A DNA stretch of 64,000 bases from a virus. The DNA is taken from positions 1-64,000 of the IMG/VR virus record IMGVR_UViG_3300036820_000014. One strand, given 5' to 3'. A program made the translations under genes and the position numbers. Below the pieces are notes generated by a model. The model was given only the letters and a program-made list of their open reading frames with translations. It was not told where the DNA came from and did not search any database. This document shows positions 62,973 through 64,000 of the stretch, piece by piece. Numbering within the stretch: position 1 is the first letter of the stretch; the number at the start of each line of letters is the position of its first letter.

Positions 62973-63167
62973 TCAGGCGCCAGTCGGCCCCGTCGGCCCC
63001 GTCGGGCCAGTGACACCTGTTCCGCCTGTCCCACCCGTGCCACCGGTTGGACCGGTAGCGCCAGCGGGCGTGGCAAAGACGAAGGCAGTGCCATTCCAGG
63101 TCGGGACCTGACCGGTCAGAGGGGGAGGACCGGTGACAACTGGCGGATTCGGGAACTCGGTAGCCAT
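62973..63167 (-). CDS. Mini collagen-like protein (64 aa, G-x-T repeats)
   Basis: RBS AAGGAG; GQVPTWNG then GATGPTGGTGGTGGTGVTGPTGPTGPTGA. Confidence 0.8.
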   Translation of the reverse strand: MATEFPNPPVVTGPPPLTGQVPTWNGTAFVFATPAGATGPTGGTGGTGGTGVTGPTGPTGPTGA

Positions 63168-63202
63168 GTCTTCTCCTTGTCGAAACGGATTCGGACGAGC
63201 GC

Positions 63203-64000
63203 TTAGGCGACGGGCAGCGTCTGGTAGCCAGGCTGGAGCGGGGACGGAAGCTCGAAGTCGCAAAGCTGGTCGCAGAACGCCGTGGTATCGACGGGAGCGC
63301 CGACGGCCGGCATCGCCGAGGTGCGCCAGTCATCGAGAGGCCCGGTTCCAAAGTTCGGGTTCTCGATCGCCCACCCTCGGAACATCGGAGTCTCTTCTTT
63401 GTCTTCCTTCGACCAACCGTCCCAGAAGAGGAACGCACGGAAGACGCCGACTCTGAGCCACGCTGAACCCGGAATCGTGGCCGTGCCGGCCGAAGGGTAC
63501 GGCGTGGTGCCCTGGTAACCGGTGCCTCGGACGATGAGCCTCGACCAGACCTCGATCGACACTCCGTTCGGACACGGCACGGTGAGCAGATGCGGGAACG
63601 CATACCCGATCGTCGAGACGGGTTGGGCACCCAAGGTGATCGAGACGCCGGTCAAGCTTGTGGTCGACACGGCGCTAACACGCACCTCTGTGGCCGAGAT
63701 GTACTCCGAGACGTAGGCCCCGGTCGCGACGCCAGTGCCGGTGACGGAGCGGCCGACGTCAGTGTCCACAAAGGATGCGTCGGCGGCCGAGGTGATGATG
63801 TTCGATTCGAATGCCACGACGCCATCGGCGAAGGTGCGCCCCGCCGTGCCGGAAGCCGTGAGGATCTGGCCACCGCCGAGGAGTTCCTGCTGTTCGGGAT
63901 CCCAGTCACCGAGGCTGAGGTTCACGTCCCACCGCTTGTAGCGGTCGCAGTCCTTGTAACTGATGACCGGGACGCCGCACGCGGACTTCGGAGTGATCTC
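63203..64000 (-). CDS. Major tail protein (5' end outside window)
   Basis: Open to the edge: EITPKSACG..ISYKDCDRYKRWDVNL..DPE..ELLGGG; NGVSIEVWS; ENPNFGTGP. Confidence 0.85.
   Translation of the reverse strand, partial: EITPKSACGVPVISYKDCDRYKRWDVNLSLGDWDPEQQELLGGGQILTASGTAGRTFADGVVAFESNIITSAADASFVDTDVGRSVTGTGVATGAYVSEYISATEVRVSAVSTTSLTGVSITLGAQPVSTIGYAFPHLLTVPCPNGVSIEVWSRLIVRGTGYQGTTPYPSAGTATIPGSAWLRVGVFRAFLFWDGWSKEDKEETPMFRGWAIENPNFGTGPLDDWRTSAMPAVGAPVDTTAFCDQLCDFELPSPLQPGYQTLPVA

Noticed and set aside
1-64000. CRISPR array, integrase/att site, reverse transcriptase/DGR, IS element
   Set aside because: No repeat-spacer array, recombinase, RT or transposase motifs recognised in this window

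Overview
High-GC (~65%) tailed-phage DNA, most likely a siphovirus of an Actinomycetota host, with almost all genes on the minus strand. Reading the minus strand from 64000 downward: major tail protein (partial); a collagen-like peptide + double glycosyltransferase + methyltransferase cassette; head-tail joining genes; a ~7 kb island of early-type genes (UvrD helicase, regulators) inside the tail operon; neck, tail chaperones (frameshift), tape measure and minor tail genes; lysis genes; an early/replication block (Gam-like, RecT-like, exonuclease, Rep with iterons, helicase loader, HerA-like ATPase); three DNA methyltransferases; about 40 small accessory genes; terminase; two tRNA-Ser genes; portal; and a ~320-nt highly structured non-coding region. 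No capsid, integrase or CRISPR array is visible in the window. Most notable: (1) a fully enclosed raiA-motif-like RNA just downstream of the portal; (2) two serine tRNAs that fold as non-canonical 8/4 cloverleaves; (3) a C5-methyltransferase gene carrying two further proteins in an alternative frame, one a complete HNH endonuclease; (4) an SgtA/BclA-like glycosylation cassette among the virion genes; (5) a 17-bp palindromic operator at five promoter-like sites. All family calls come from reading motifs by eye; no searches were run.
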